Below, one piece after another: positions 10,258-19,866 of a stretch of DNA of 64,000 bases (position 1 is its first letter; every line of letters starts with the position of its first letter). Source of the DNA: an uncultured Gammaproteobacteria bacterium (GTDB lineage Bacteria > Patescibacteriota > Microgenomatia > Daviesbacterales > UBA10151); contig CAYMIA010000003.1 of NCBI GenBank assembly GCA_964390595.1, positions 17,727 through 81,726 on the forward strand, given 5' to 3'. The notes beneath the pieces are model-generated. The model did no database searches, had not been told where the DNA came from, and worked only from the letters and a program-made list of their open reading frames with translations. The translations under genes were made by a program, and so were the position numbers.

Positions 10258-11025
10258 TTAAGTTGAAAAGCCTTCAAATTCCTCTACCTCTTCAACAATT
10301 TCATCAACCTCTTCCTGGCTAGTTGTTAAGTGGTCTGATGAATAGGTTAAGACCTTAGCATTATCCAAAAATGACGGTTGATTACGGAACTTCCTCGAGC
10401 GGAAAACCTCTCGGATCAGCAAAGTCACTCCATTTGATTTAATAGACTTCACAAAAGCGGAATACTTATTCCCACCCTTAATTAACTTAAGTAAGTGAAA
10501 CGCGGTATCGTCAGGCAAAATTCCCAAATAAGTCTCATCCATTCCCGTTACTGTAATACCCCGGCTTTTCGGAATTAAATTGACCATAATGCCAGAAGAT
10601 AAAGCTGACAGTTTTTGGGGCTCAGCGATCTTAATTAAACTGACAATTTTAGTTATTCCTGGCTCTTCCAAAAACATCGAAGGTAGTATCGCCAGCGTAT
10701 TATTATGATTGATTGTCCCAGTCATCTCTTTATCTGTTTTAAAGGCCGAAAGTTTTTTTAAACTTTTCTGTGCGATTATATTATATGGATCTAGTAAAAG
10801 TACATCCTGGTAAATTTTTCTGGCCTGCGAATACTTGCCAATTTCAAAAAGCGCCCGGGCGAGTCTGTTTAACGAAGCAGTGCTAGTGGGTTCCATCTCA
10901 ATAATCTGTTCGTTTAATTCTATAGCCTCACCCCAGTTGCTGTGCAGCGCTGCTTCTATGGCAAGCTGATGTAAATGAGGGTTGGCAGAAGATGAAGTTG
11001 AAGTAGTTTGAATAACTTCGTCCAT
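10258..11025 (-). CDS. TPR-containing protein
   Basis: TPR pattern (AIEAAL..NWGEAIELN; LNRLARALFEIGKYSQARKIYQDVLLLDPYN); acidic tail; TTGACA-17-TATACT promoter upstream. Confidence 0.8.
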   Translation of the reverse strand: MDEVIQTTSTSSSANPHLHQLAIEAALHSNWGEAIELNEQIIEMEPTSTASLNRLARALFEIGKYSQARKIYQDVLLLDPYNIIAQKSLKKLSAFKTDKEMTGTINHNNTLAILPSMFLEEPGITKIVSLIKIAEPQKLSALSSGIMVNLIPKSRGITVTGMDETYLGILPDDTAFHLLKLIKGGNKYSAFVKSIKSNGVTLLIREVFRSRKFRNQPSFLDNAKVLTYSSDHLTTSQEEVDEIVEEVEEFEGFST

Positions 11026-11121
11026 TAGTCAGCAAGTATATGCAAACCCGGGATTCTTGTCAACGCATCAAAGTACATCACTAATTGAAAAGCGTTAAAA
11101 GAACCAGTAAAATCAGTAACT

Positions 11122-11874
11122 ATGTCCGGACATTCGAAGTGGTCGACTATTAAGAGAGCTAAGGGGGTCAATGACGTTAAGAGAAGTCAGAATTTTACTA
11201 AAATGGCGAACGCTATTGCTATTGCCGCCCGTTTAGGTAATTCAGGTGATGCTGAAGCCAATCCCCGTTTGCGGATGGCGATCGAGGAGGCCCGGGCGAT
11301 TAATCTCCCCAAAGAAAATATTCAAAGAGCGGTTGACCGGGGTTTAGGACGGTTGCCAGGTCAAATGCTGGAGGAGGTTACCTATGAAGGGTTTGGCCCG
11401 GGCAAAGTGGCTTTTTTTATTGAGGTAGTCACAGATAATAAAAACCGGACCCTTCAAGAGATGCGCAATCTCTTCGAAAGAGCTGGCGGAGCTCTCGGGG
11501 CGTCAGGTAGCACCGCTTATTTGTTTGATAAAAAGGGAGAGATTAAGGTTTTAACGAGGAGTAGAGAAGTGGAAGATGAAATTTTAGAGTTAATAGATCT
11601 TGGTGCAGATGAAGTTGAGGACTTTTTGGAAAATGGTCAGACTAAATACCTAGTTTATACAGATCCCAACAAGCTAAACGAGGTGAGTAAAAATATTACT
11701 CAATCAGGCTTTACCGCTTTGTCAGCAACCATCTCCTACATCCCAAATCTGCCTGTTGAAATAACTGACAGTGAAACAGCAGAAAAAGTTTTGAACTTTG
11801 CGGAAAAATTAGAGGACCATGATGATGTCCAAAAAGTCTATGCCAACTTTGACATACCCGCTGAACTGGTATAA
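11122..11874 (+). CDS. yebC: YebC/PmpR family protein
   Basis: MSGHSKWSTIK, NPRLR, YEGFGPG, TDNKNRT, DDVQKVYAN. Confidence 0.96.
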   Translation: MSGHSKWSTIKRAKGVNDVKRSQNFTKMANAIAIAARLGNSGDAEANPRLRMAIEEARAINLPKENIQRAVDRGLGRLPGQMLEEVTYEGFGPGKVAFFIEVVTDNKNRTLQEMRNLFERAGGALGASGSTAYLFDKKGEIKVLTRSREVEDEILELIDLGADEVEDFLENGQTKYLVYTDPNKLNEVSKNITQSGFTALSATISYIPNLPVEITDSETAEKVLNFAEKLEDHDDVQKVYANFDIPAELV

Positions 11875-11887
11875 TGTGATTTAACTC

Positions 11888-12436
11888 ATGATTATATTAG
11901 GTATAGACCCGGGGACTGCCACCACAGGTTATGGAATTATCCGAGTTCCTGATGATATTTTAGGCCGGGAATTCGACTACGGAATTGAACTGATCGATTA
12001 CGGCTATATCTCCACACCAAAAGATACCCTAATGGAAAAGCGCCTAGTCCAGCTTCATCATGAGATGGAGGATGTTATTACTAAACATCAGCCAGAAACC
12101 ATCGTTATTGAAATGTTATTTTTTGGTGCCAATACCCGAACTGCCATCTCAGTCGGACAGGCTAGGGGAGTGATCATGCTTTCAGCTGGTATTCACAATG
12201 TTCCTATCATTGAATACAGTGGATTAACAGTTAAATTAATGGTGGCAGGGGCGGGGAGGGCGGATAAAAAACAGGTCCATGAGGGAGTCAGAAGATTCCT
12301 CGGAAAAAATGGTGAAAAATCTATGGAGTTGTCCCGACCTATGGTAGGATTAAAGAGAAAGCAATCTTTCAACGACGATGCAGCCGATGCTGTCGCCATC
12401 GCCATCTGCCATGTCTTAAAAATGGCATCTAAATAA
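11888..12436 (+). CDS. ruvC: Holliday junction resolvase RuvC
   Basis: ILGIDPG, IEMLFF, VGQARG, GRADKKQV, DDAADAVAIAICH; follows yebC. Confidence 0.95.
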   Translation: MIILGIDPGTATTGYGIIRVPDDILGREFDYGIELIDYGYISTPKDTLMEKRLVQLHHEMEDVITKHQPETIVIEMLFFGANTRTAISVGQARGVIMLSAGIHNVPIIEYSGLTVKLMVAGAGRADKKQVHEGVRRFLGKNGEKSMELSRPMVGLKRKQSFNDDAADAVAIAICHVLKMASK

Positions 12437-12446
12437 AAAAACATCT

Positions 12447-13229
12447 ATGAACTTAGGTCTTTCGAAGCGTCAAAAGATTATTATCGCCTCTATACTAATT
12501 ACTATAGGACTAATATCAACTCAAATGATCAATGTCTTTTTCCTTCGCAGCCGCTTCATTGTTGGGCTATCAATCATCTCATTTTTGTTTAGTATTTGGG
12601 CGCTTTGGGAGGGTATGACCAAGCTCAAAGCGGCAGTGCTGTTAATTCTACCCGTTATGTTTACCTTAGCAGTTGCCAGCTTCTATTTTTTACTGCCCAT
12701 CCGTTGGCTGACCCGGATTCCGGTCGCACTAGCCTTTGGCATCTCATTTTATTGTCTGCTGCTAGCTCAAAATGTATTTAACGTCGCAGCCACTAGAACC
12801 ATCCCATTATATCGGGCTGCATCAACAGTTTCCTTTTTGTTTACTTTAGTAACCTCGTTCTTTTTATATAATGTCGTTTTTGCTTTAAAACTACCTTTCT
12901 ATTGGAATGGGGTAGCAGTGTTTCTAATTAGCTTCCCGCTAGTTATGCAGATACTCTGGTCGATGGAGATGGAGAAATTAACTGCCCAAATCCTCACCCT
13001 CAGCATCCTGCTCTCGCTAGTAGTAGGAGAGAGTGCCCTGGCGCTATCCTTTTGGCCAGTCGCTCCAACCATCTGGTCACTAGCCTTGTCCACTGTTCTA
13101 TATATTATAGTAGGGGTAGTGACTCAGGTCATGAGGGAGCGTCTTAGTAAGCAGATCATCTGGGAATATTTTGGAATTGGACTGGGGGTATTGATCTTTT
13201 CTATTTTGAGCACCCAATGGACAGGCTAG
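12447..13229 (+). CDS. Polytopic membrane protein of unknown function
   Basis: About 9 TM helices; NVFNVAATRTIPLYRAA and FWP motifs. Confidence 0.75.
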   Translation: MNLGLSKRQKIIIASILITIGLISTQMINVFFLRSRFIVGLSIISFLFSIWALWEGMTKLKAAVLLILPVMFTLAVASFYFLLPIRWLTRIPVALAFGISFYCLLLAQNVFNVAATRTIPLYRAASTVSFLFTLVTSFFLYNVVFALKLPFYWNGVAVFLISFPLVMQILWSMEMEKLTAQILTLSILLSLVVGESALALSFWPVAPTIWSLALSTVLYIIVGVVTQVMRERLSKQIIWEYFGIGLGVLIFSILSTQWTG

Positions 13230-13467
13230 AGGACCGTGAAAAATTCCCGCAAAAACCGTGAAAAGGGTAGTGATATAGTTTGATACAGTCAATAGATTCA
13301 ATTGTGGAAAACTATAAGCCATTCTTCAATTATTCTTACAATTAGGCACAAAACGAAGCTAAATATACTCCCATCTATACTCAAAACACAGAGGAGAGGT
13401 AGCCTGATACTCCATCCGGTACCCTATACAGCAAAAACCCGAAAGTATTAGTCAAGATTACTATCGG

Positions 13468-13483
13468 TTTTCACGCGTGAAAA
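13468..13483. repeat. Perfect 16-bp palindrome TTTTCACGCGTGAAAA; half-site CGTGAAAA also occurs within the ACCGTGAAAA direct repeats at 13233 and 13255
   Basis: Read directly from the sequence. Confidence 0.7.
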
Positions 13484-13629
13484 AAGCCAGTTAACTCTCT
13501 GGGAGAAGGGAGCAGCAAATAAAGACATGCAGATAGCTACAAAGCAAGCGTGCATGTTTACGTCACTCTGAGGCTCAAGCCACTCTATTACGCTCCACTC
13601 AGACACAAGCCAAGGCTGGTTGATATATC

Positions 13630-13657
13630 ATGTCGTACAATGTAGCTTATGCGACAT
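13630..13657. other. Candidate dif-like Xer recombination site ATGTCGTACAA-TGTAGC-TTATGCGACAT
   Basis: 11-6-11 layout; arms 9/11 inverted; TGTA spacer and TTATG right-arm core resemble E. coli dif; lies in a long intergenic region; Xer gene 13.5 kb away. Confidence 0.6.
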
Positions 13658-13852
13658 CGCGAAGCTAGATTTTGAGGAGGAGTGGTCACGTCTATTAAGA
13701 TCTGCACCCAAGGCTGAAATTGATTCAAATTTTAAGTTTACATAATAGGTTCATTTTTGGTCCATTTCCTACTAGTTTTTTGAATGTAAATATTTGGTAA
13801 ATTCCAAAAGGTATCACATCGGGGTTAGACTGTTGCAGCGGCCTAATCTATA

Positions 13853-13870
13853 GATGACTAAATAGTCATC
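13853..13870. repeat. Inverted repeat GATGACTA-AA-TAGTCATC (operator-like or hairpin)
   Basis: Perfect 8-bp arms. Confidence 0.55.
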
Positions 13871-14193
13871 ATCCCCCTCTAAAAACCGTTTTAGGGGCCA
13901 TTTTGGGCCTCGTGGCTAGCCAGCCTGCAACTAATAAACCTACTAATAAAACAGCCACTAAAAGTAGATTTTATCAATATTTTAAGCTATCAACCCGTTA
14001 AAATATCATCTGTGTTCTTAATAGTCACCAGATAACAAATTTGGTTTCCGTTTTAAAATTTTTCATTTTCCAATAAATTTTTCTCTATAATCCAATCTGC
14101 ATGAATTTTTACCGGAACAAAGTCTTAAGTATTTTCGTTGTCGCACAATATAAATTCGGCTTTATTCAGGAAATATTGTAATATAAAAACAGT

Positions 14194-15225
14194 ATGTCGT
14201 TTTTTTCTAGCTTAAGTAAACAGCAACTAATTGGTTTGCTTGTGATCTTAGGCTTGATTATTGGCATTGCTTTCGCCGTTTACTCAACTCAAAGACAGCA
14301 AACTATCCGCAGCCGGGCCGATCAAATCAAACCTGATCCACTGGCGCCTGAGTGTAATGATCTTGAACATCATCCCAAAAGAAGTATCCTTCAAAATGGC
14401 CAATTCGAAGGTGGTTTTACCGGTGGAGTACCAAATGGTTGGACTAAATTTATCTCAGGTAATGCTAGCGTCAATGAAGAAACTGGCTACAATCCATTTG
14501 GCCGAAACGTCCGGATTGAGGTCTCTGGAACTTCAGTTGGTGGGATTTATCAAACGGTTAGTGGTCTTCAACCTGGCCACTGGTACCATGCCTTTTATGG
14601 AGTTGCCCAGCGGGTCTCTGGTAATAGAGACGGCACTGGAGAGCGGGTTGATAACGCTTGGACTGCACTCAAGGAAGTTGGAGTTGACCTAAATGGTGGC
14701 ACAGATCCCAACGCCTCTGATGTAATTTGGGGAGACCGAAGTACTGGTGGCCAAGCTGATTATGATGCTAGACATTTCGCGGGCTGGAGGTTTTTAGGGG
14801 ATAGAAATAATCCCCTAGTTACCTTCTATGCTACTAATCCTGAAGTAACAATTTTTATTAAAGTCACAGGCTATCCCGATATCACTTGGTCAATGAACTG
14901 GATCGATGCCGCTTATCTAGTCCCTTCTTGCCAAAACGGTTCCTTTCCGCCTCCTGGGGGAAGTGCTACTCCAACCCCCTCGCCTATCACATCGGCCACC
15001 CCTGGGCCAAGTGACTCAAGTGAATCTTGTCCAATAACTAGCGCATCTATATCAGCTAGTTGTGCAGAATGTATTCTAGCCAGCAAGCCAGCGCTGCGAG
15101 CCTCTTATGATTTCTTTGACTTGCAAAGTTGCAGTGCATCGAAGATCATAAGTAATTGGTGTCAGGAATTTAACCCCACTACCTGTCAAACCTTAAAACA
15201 AAGCTGTGGGAGCAGCTGTCAATGA
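14194..15225 (+). CDS. Membrane-anchored exported protein: CBM/galactose-binding-like domain, PT linker, 8-Cys module
   Basis: N-terminal TM plus QQTIRSRA; LQNGQFEGG..GW, GGIYQTV jelly-roll pattern; Cys-rich C-terminus. Confidence 0.75.
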   Translation: MSFFSSLSKQQLIGLLVILGLIIGIAFAVYSTQRQQTIRSRADQIKPDPLAPECNDLEHHPKRSILQNGQFEGGFTGGVPNGWTKFISGNASVNEETGYNPFGRNVRIEVSGTSVGGIYQTVSGLQPGHWYHAFYGVAQRVSGNRDGTGERVDNAWTALKEVGVDLNGGTDPNASDVIWGDRSTGGQADYDARHFAGWRFLGDRNNPLVTFYATNPEVTIFIKVTGYPDITWSMNWIDAAYLVPSCQNGSFPPPGGSATPTPSPITSATPGPSDSSESCPITSASISASCAECILASKPALRASYDFFDLQSCSASKIISNWCQEFNPTTCQTLKQSCGSSCQ

Positions 15226-16706
15226 AACTTTTTAACCAATTCGAATTAACTAAAAAACAATTAATCAGTGCAATTATAATTCTAATCGCTCTGCTGGCAA
15301 TTCCTCTAGGAGTTTACCTGGCGTCTCATCCTCAAATATTTAAAGGCAAAGCCGCCGAACCAACTGATACAACTATCTTTCACCGCCCCGCCTTTGATAC
15401 TGGAGTTGGCATCCATTGGTCAGGTAGTACTGGCGATTATACTAGAGAAAATGCTCAAAATCTGGTCTGTCTGCTCAAAGATATGGGGATTAGTTGGATT
15501 AAAGTATTAGCCAGTGGCGCTAGCGCTGTGGAGTTTGCCGGGATCATGAGACGCAATGATATCGAACCAATTGTCCGGCTATATCGGGACAGACCTGTTC
15601 CCAATCCATTACCCGAATCTGATCTTAATGCAGTGGCAAGCTATGTAGCCCAGGGAGTTTCTTATTTTGAATCTACCAATGAACCTAATATCGATATCGA
15701 ATGGCAAGGTCAAATGCCATCAGATTGCAATACCGCAGTCTCACAAACTATGCAATCCTGGGTTCAAGATGCCGCCAATATCCAAAGGAAGGGTGGAATT
15801 CCTCTCTTCCCCGCTCTTGCACCTGGTGGAATTGCTTGTGATCATAACGACCTAAATTTTTTAAGAGCTTCTTTTGGGTGGTTGCAATCAAATAATTGCA
15901 CTCTGGCCGACGGAACAGAAAGTAATTGTTTAGCCTTATTTGACACTCCCCACAGCAATAATAAACCAGCTGTTATGTCAGTCCATAACTACGATTTAAA
16001 CCATGACAACAGTAAAAATGGTGATGGCTCAATCAATTTTTATACCCAGGACAGCAACGGCTTTCTGCAGTTCAGCTTTTATGACAATATTATCAGACAG
16101 TTTTTAGGCCGGAGTATTCCAATTTTAGCGACCGAAGATGGTACCAGAGTTGGGATAGATAATCAGGATAACCGATTCCCTACCACTGATGCTGCTTGGC
16201 ATCGGGATGTAACAGTGGGAATTGCCCAGTACCAAATGAATAATACCTCACCTTACTTTTTTAATACTGCTTTTTGGCTGGGTATTCCTAATCCAGATGG
16301 GTATTGGGGCGATCAAGCTTGGTTTAATAGAGACCTTTCCCCTATTTTGCCAGAAACCATCAATGGTTTAAAAAACTTATCTAAAAAAAGCCGCAATGGC
16401 TCAAGCCAACAAACTAGTTGTTTAGTTACCACTTCCCCATTGCCTACTCCTACCCCATCCTCTGCCGTCCCAACCGCCACTCCTATAATTTCCGATGCCA
16501 CCTGTAAAATAACTCAAGCCAGTACTATTTCTGCCGCTTGCGCTCAGTGCATTTTAAATCAACAAACTGGGTTGCGGGGGGCATATAATGCCTTTAGTTT
16601 AAGTAATTGCAGCAATCAAAAAATTATTACTCACTGGTGTACTGAGTTTAATCAAACCAGTTGCAGTCAACTTAAAACTTCAACCTGCCAAAGTGTCTGT
16701 CAGTAA
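15222..16706 (+). CDS. Membrane-anchored clan GH-A-like glycoside hydrolase with C-terminal 8-Cys module
   Basis: TIM-barrel motifs MGISWIK, TNEPN (acid/base), SVHNY, PILATEDG (nucleophile); PT linker. Confidence 0.75.
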   Translation: MKLFNQFELTKKQLISAIIILIALLAIPLGVYLASHPQIFKGKAAEPTDTTIFHRPAFDTGVGIHWSGSTGDYTRENAQNLVCLLKDMGISWIKVLASGASAVEFAGIMRRNDIEPIVRLYRDRPVPNPLPESDLNAVASYVAQGVSYFESTNEPNIDIEWQGQMPSDCNTAVSQTMQSWVQDAANIQRKGGIPLFPALAPGGIACDHNDLNFLRASFGWLQSNNCTLADGTESNCLALFDTPHSNNKPAVMSVHNYDLNHDNSKNGDGSINFYTQDSNGFLQFSFYDNIIRQFLGRSIPILATEDGTRVGIDNQDNRFPTTDAAWHRDVTVGIAQYQMNNTSPYFFNTAFWLGIPNPDGYWGDQAWFNRDLSPILPETINGLKNLSKKSRNGSSQQTSCLVTTSPLPTPTPSSAVPTATPIISDATCKITQASTISAACAQCILNQQTGLRGAYNAFSLSNCSNQKIITHWCTEFNQTSCSQLKTSTCQSVCQ

Positions 16707-16769
16707 AACGCTGTTGACATTCCTGCCCAATTTAAGCCAAGATAGTAATAGCTAGGATTTTAGGCTTTT

Positions 16770-18524
16770 ATGCGTGATTTGATTAACTTTATAAAGCAAA
16801 GACGGAATCTATTTAATATTATCGTTCTGATTATCATTTTAATCGGTATTCCAGTGGGAATTTATGAGGTTGGATTGCAACAAAAACTAAAATCTGGAGC
16901 AGAGGGCGAACCAATCACCTTCTCTGGCCCCAATGAGGGTGATGTCTTTCAAGATCCAAATACCCATGTTTGGTATAGCAAATCCAAAACAATTACCTTT
17001 AATTTCTTCTCTAATTATGGCCTTCCAGCTGCCCCTTCAGCCTCAGCTTCTGCCTCATCTTCTGGTTCAGGAGTTTGTGGTAGATTTTTGCAACAATGTA
17101 ATGGGAACGGTACTCAATGGTGCACCAACGATACAGGAGGTCATGATACCACTGATCTAGTTTGTCCTACACTCAGCGAAGATGCCAGAGGTTGTTTTAA
17201 AACTGAAACTGGCTTAGAAAAAGGCTGCGCCTCAGCTGTTGCAGGAACCTGTACAGGAGATAGTGAATGTACTGATGATAAAGCTTGTCTGGGTAATACT
17301 TGCACTAGTCCCATTTGCAACACCTCTGTTGCGCTTGGGGTATGCCAGAACTTTAACTATGCAAATCACCAGTGCACAATAGTTAACAAATCCAATGGAA
17401 CAGCATGTCGAGTTCCAGGAGTCGATGATGTTGCCGGTACTTGCAACAGCAGTGGAACTTGTGTGGCATCAACAGCTGTCGAAAATACCCTGGCTTTGTG
17501 CAGCAATAATGTGGATGACGACGGTGATGGGAAAATTGATTTTGCTGACCCAGATTGTGTAGGAGTCATACCTGCCCCATCAACCACCTTGGAAGCAGAA
17601 TATATGACTCATCCAGATAGTAAAGCAGCAATTTATACTGATTCTATTGCCAGCAATGGTCATGGTTTAGCCTTTGCTAGTAATACTACTGCTAGCGGTA
17701 AAATTGCTGGACCTGGTGATCAAATGATAATTTTTGCTAAGGGTGAGCTCTGTCCTAACGATCCAAATGGTGCTCCTGATATGACTGTTAAAATTGATGG
17801 AACTGTTGTTGGAACAATGAAAGTTGCTGCAGCAACTAGTGGCGGTTTATATGGCGGTTATAACCCGACAATTCCAACACTAGATGGAAACCCGCATACA
17901 GTCGAAATTAGTTTTGTGAACGATCTATCTCAACCTGGCGTCTGTGATCGGAACTTACGGGTAGACAAAATTGTGCTGAACAGCCAAGCCCCTGGGACAG
18001 CCAGAATGAACGTTAACGTTCTTGCTAACCCAATTGTTGTACAACAGGCAGGCAGTACCGATGCACTTACAATTACCCCAACTGGCGGAGCAAATGGTTT
18101 TACGCTTAATAACTTCCCAATTCAAGTTAATGGAGCAAATTATCCAAAAATACATTGGGTTGAAACTGCAGCCATCTTTGCAGGTACCACCCCCGTTAAT
18201 GCCAAAATAACAGCTGCAGCGGATGTTCCAGTAGGCACTTATAGCGGAACAGCCATAGTATCCGAACAAATCAATACGAACTTTACCAAAACAGTATCAA
18301 TAACTGTCCAAGTAATAGCCCCTCCTCCTAATCCTACTTCAGCGAATTGCCCACCTTATCCAGTGGGTGATTTAAATCAAGACTGTCATATCAACGCAAC
18401 CGACGCTCAGATATTATTAAATGCTTGGGATAATCCGAGTGGGACTGGTAACATAGAAGATAGTTATCAAGACAACACTATTGATTCAGGCGACTTTGCA
18501 GTTTTGTATTCTCATAAAGAATAG
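16770..18524 (+). CDS. Membrane-anchored Cys-rich protein with Ca-binding motif, CBM60-like module and C-terminal dockerin-like domain
   Basis: CSNNVDDDGDGKIDFADPDC; ISFVND...DRNLRVDKI; GDLNQDCHINATD...DNTIDSGDF (duplicated Ca loop). Confidence 0.75.
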   Translation: MRDLINFIKQRRNLFNIIVLIIILIGIPVGIYEVGLQQKLKSGAEGEPITFSGPNEGDVFQDPNTHVWYSKSKTITFNFFSNYGLPAAPSASASASSSGSGVCGRFLQQCNGNGTQWCTNDTGGHDTTDLVCPTLSEDARGCFKTETGLEKGCASAVAGTCTGDSECTDDKACLGNTCTSPICNTSVALGVCQNFNYANHQCTIVNKSNGTACRVPGVDDVAGTCNSSGTCVASTAVENTLALCSNNVDDDGDGKIDFADPDCVGVIPAPSTTLEAEYMTHPDSKAAIYTDSIASNGHGLAFASNTTASGKIAGPGDQMIIFAKGELCPNDPNGAPDMTVKIDGTVVGTMKVAAATSGGLYGGYNPTIPTLDGNPHTVEISFVNDLSQPGVCDRNLRVDKIVLNSQAPGTARMNVNVLANPIVVQQAGSTDALTITPTGGANGFTLNNFPIQVNGANYPKIHWVETAAIFAGTTPVNAKITAAADVPVGTYSGTAIVSEQINTNFTKTVSITVQVIAPPPNPTSANCPPYPVGDLNQDCHINATDAQILLNAWDNPSGTGNIEDSYQDNTIDSGDFAVLYSHKE

Positions 18525-18527
18525 ACT

Positions 18528-19844
18528 ATGAAAGATTTTTTAAATATTATCTTATTACATAAATTACAGGTTGGAATAGTTATATTTATCACTAGTGCGA
18601 TAATAATTGGTTTATATTTAGTTTCTCACCCAACTATATTCAAGCCAAAAGCCAGTGCAGGAGCTCTAAATTTAATTCTTCTTAAATCAGATAAAAACTG
18701 GGCTAAGGATGAAACTTTTGGAGTGGTTGTTGAATTATCCGGAGGGGTTAATGTGGTTAGTGTCAGTACTGGAATGAGATATGATCAGCGAGTCTTAGCT
18801 GTCCAAAGTATCGACTATTCTCCAAGCAATTCTTTGCTACCAACTCACCCAATAACTCAGGGAAAGGATCTCCTTACCATTACTACCGGCGGTAACAATG
18901 GTGGGATTATCAGATTAGCTGCAGTGGCTTTTGAAAACAGCCAATTTAAACCACCAATTGATATCTCAAATAGAACAATCGCTCTTGCTCAAATAAACTT
19001 CAAAGTTATCAGCAATAGCCGCAGTTTAATAAACGATACTGTCAATAACTTAATTAAAACTGACGTCTCGTTTGATGCCGTTGATTCTGTCACTAAGATT
19101 GGTTTCGCTGATGGGACAGTCAGTTCCTTAAATGGCAGTAGAACAGGTGTAAGTGTGCCCGTTATTCCATCTGCTCCAACAGCTTGCACCTTCTCAGTTG
19201 ATAAACCAACAGTTGGGCTAACTGAGGATCATCACTATATAGTTACTCCGACAAATGTCCCCGCGGGAGCAACACTCTGGTTTGGAGGAACAGGTTCATA
19301 TAATGGACCAGGAGCAATTACAGAAGTCCAATATGCCGGTCCTGTTGCATTTCCCCCAAGCACCTCTACATGGACATCAGAGGCGTTTAAAGGCAACCAA
19401 ATTGGTCCACCAGGAACATATACCAGATACGCTAAGATCAAATATTCTGGTGGAGAAACTCAATGTACTCCCACAGTTACTATAGTAGTTGTGGGCTCTA
19501 GCTGTACTCTGACTCTTAATGGAGCTAGTCCAACTGGCAGCAATCCTTTGAGTATCCCTCTTTCTGGAGGAACAACTACCTTTGCAGTCACCTCTAGTAA
19601 TTTGTCTGGAACAGGTCCTTTTACTCTGCATTTTGGCGGTACGGACAATGGTAGTAATTCTCCCCTTTCAGCCAGTGTTGGTAATATTGCTGCCTCAGGG
19701 ACATTTTCAACCCCGGCTTATCCAACCTCAGCGTACGGAGGTGGTACCGGTGGAACATTTAGTCGATACATAATTGTTGCCAACAATGGCAACACCAGCG
19801 CCCCAGTTTGTCAAACGAACACAGTTTATATGGGTATTCATTAG
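18528..19844 (+). CDS. Membrane-anchored protein with cohesin-like domain and two repeated Ig-like domains
   Basis: ETFGVVV...MRYDQRVL...GIIRLAAV...LAQINFKVI; internal repeat CTF/L...FGGT...GT(Y/F)(T/S)RY...C. Confidence 0.65.
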   Translation: MKDFLNIILLHKLQVGIVIFITSAIIIGLYLVSHPTIFKPKASAGALNLILLKSDKNWAKDETFGVVVELSGGVNVVSVSTGMRYDQRVLAVQSIDYSPSNSLLPTHPITQGKDLLTITTGGNNGGIIRLAAVAFENSQFKPPIDISNRTIALAQINFKVISNSRSLINDTVNNLIKTDVSFDAVDSVTKIGFADGTVSSLNGSRTGVSVPVIPSAPTACTFSVDKPTVGLTEDHHYIVTPTNVPAGATLWFGGTGSYNGPGAITEVQYAGPVAFPPSTSTWTSEAFKGNQIGPPGTYTRYAKIKYSGGETQCTPTVTIVVVGSSCTLTLNGASPTGSNPLSIPLSGGTTTFAVTSSNLSGTGPFTLHFGGTDNGSNSPLSASVGNIAASGTFSTPAYPTSAYGGGTGGTFSRYIIVANNGNTSAPVCQTNTVYMGIH

Positions 19845-19866
19845 TATTGAATGAAAGCTTGAAACT

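Noticed and set aside
13468-13483. Palindrome as a parS site
   Set aside because: The centre is CACGCGTG rather than the CACGTG of parS (TGTTTCACGTGAAACA), so the spacing does not match.
13230-14193. oriC, tRNA or CRISPR array in the long intergenic region
   Set aside because: Only one imperfect DnaA box, no cloverleaf or T-loop motif, and no regularly spaced repeats.
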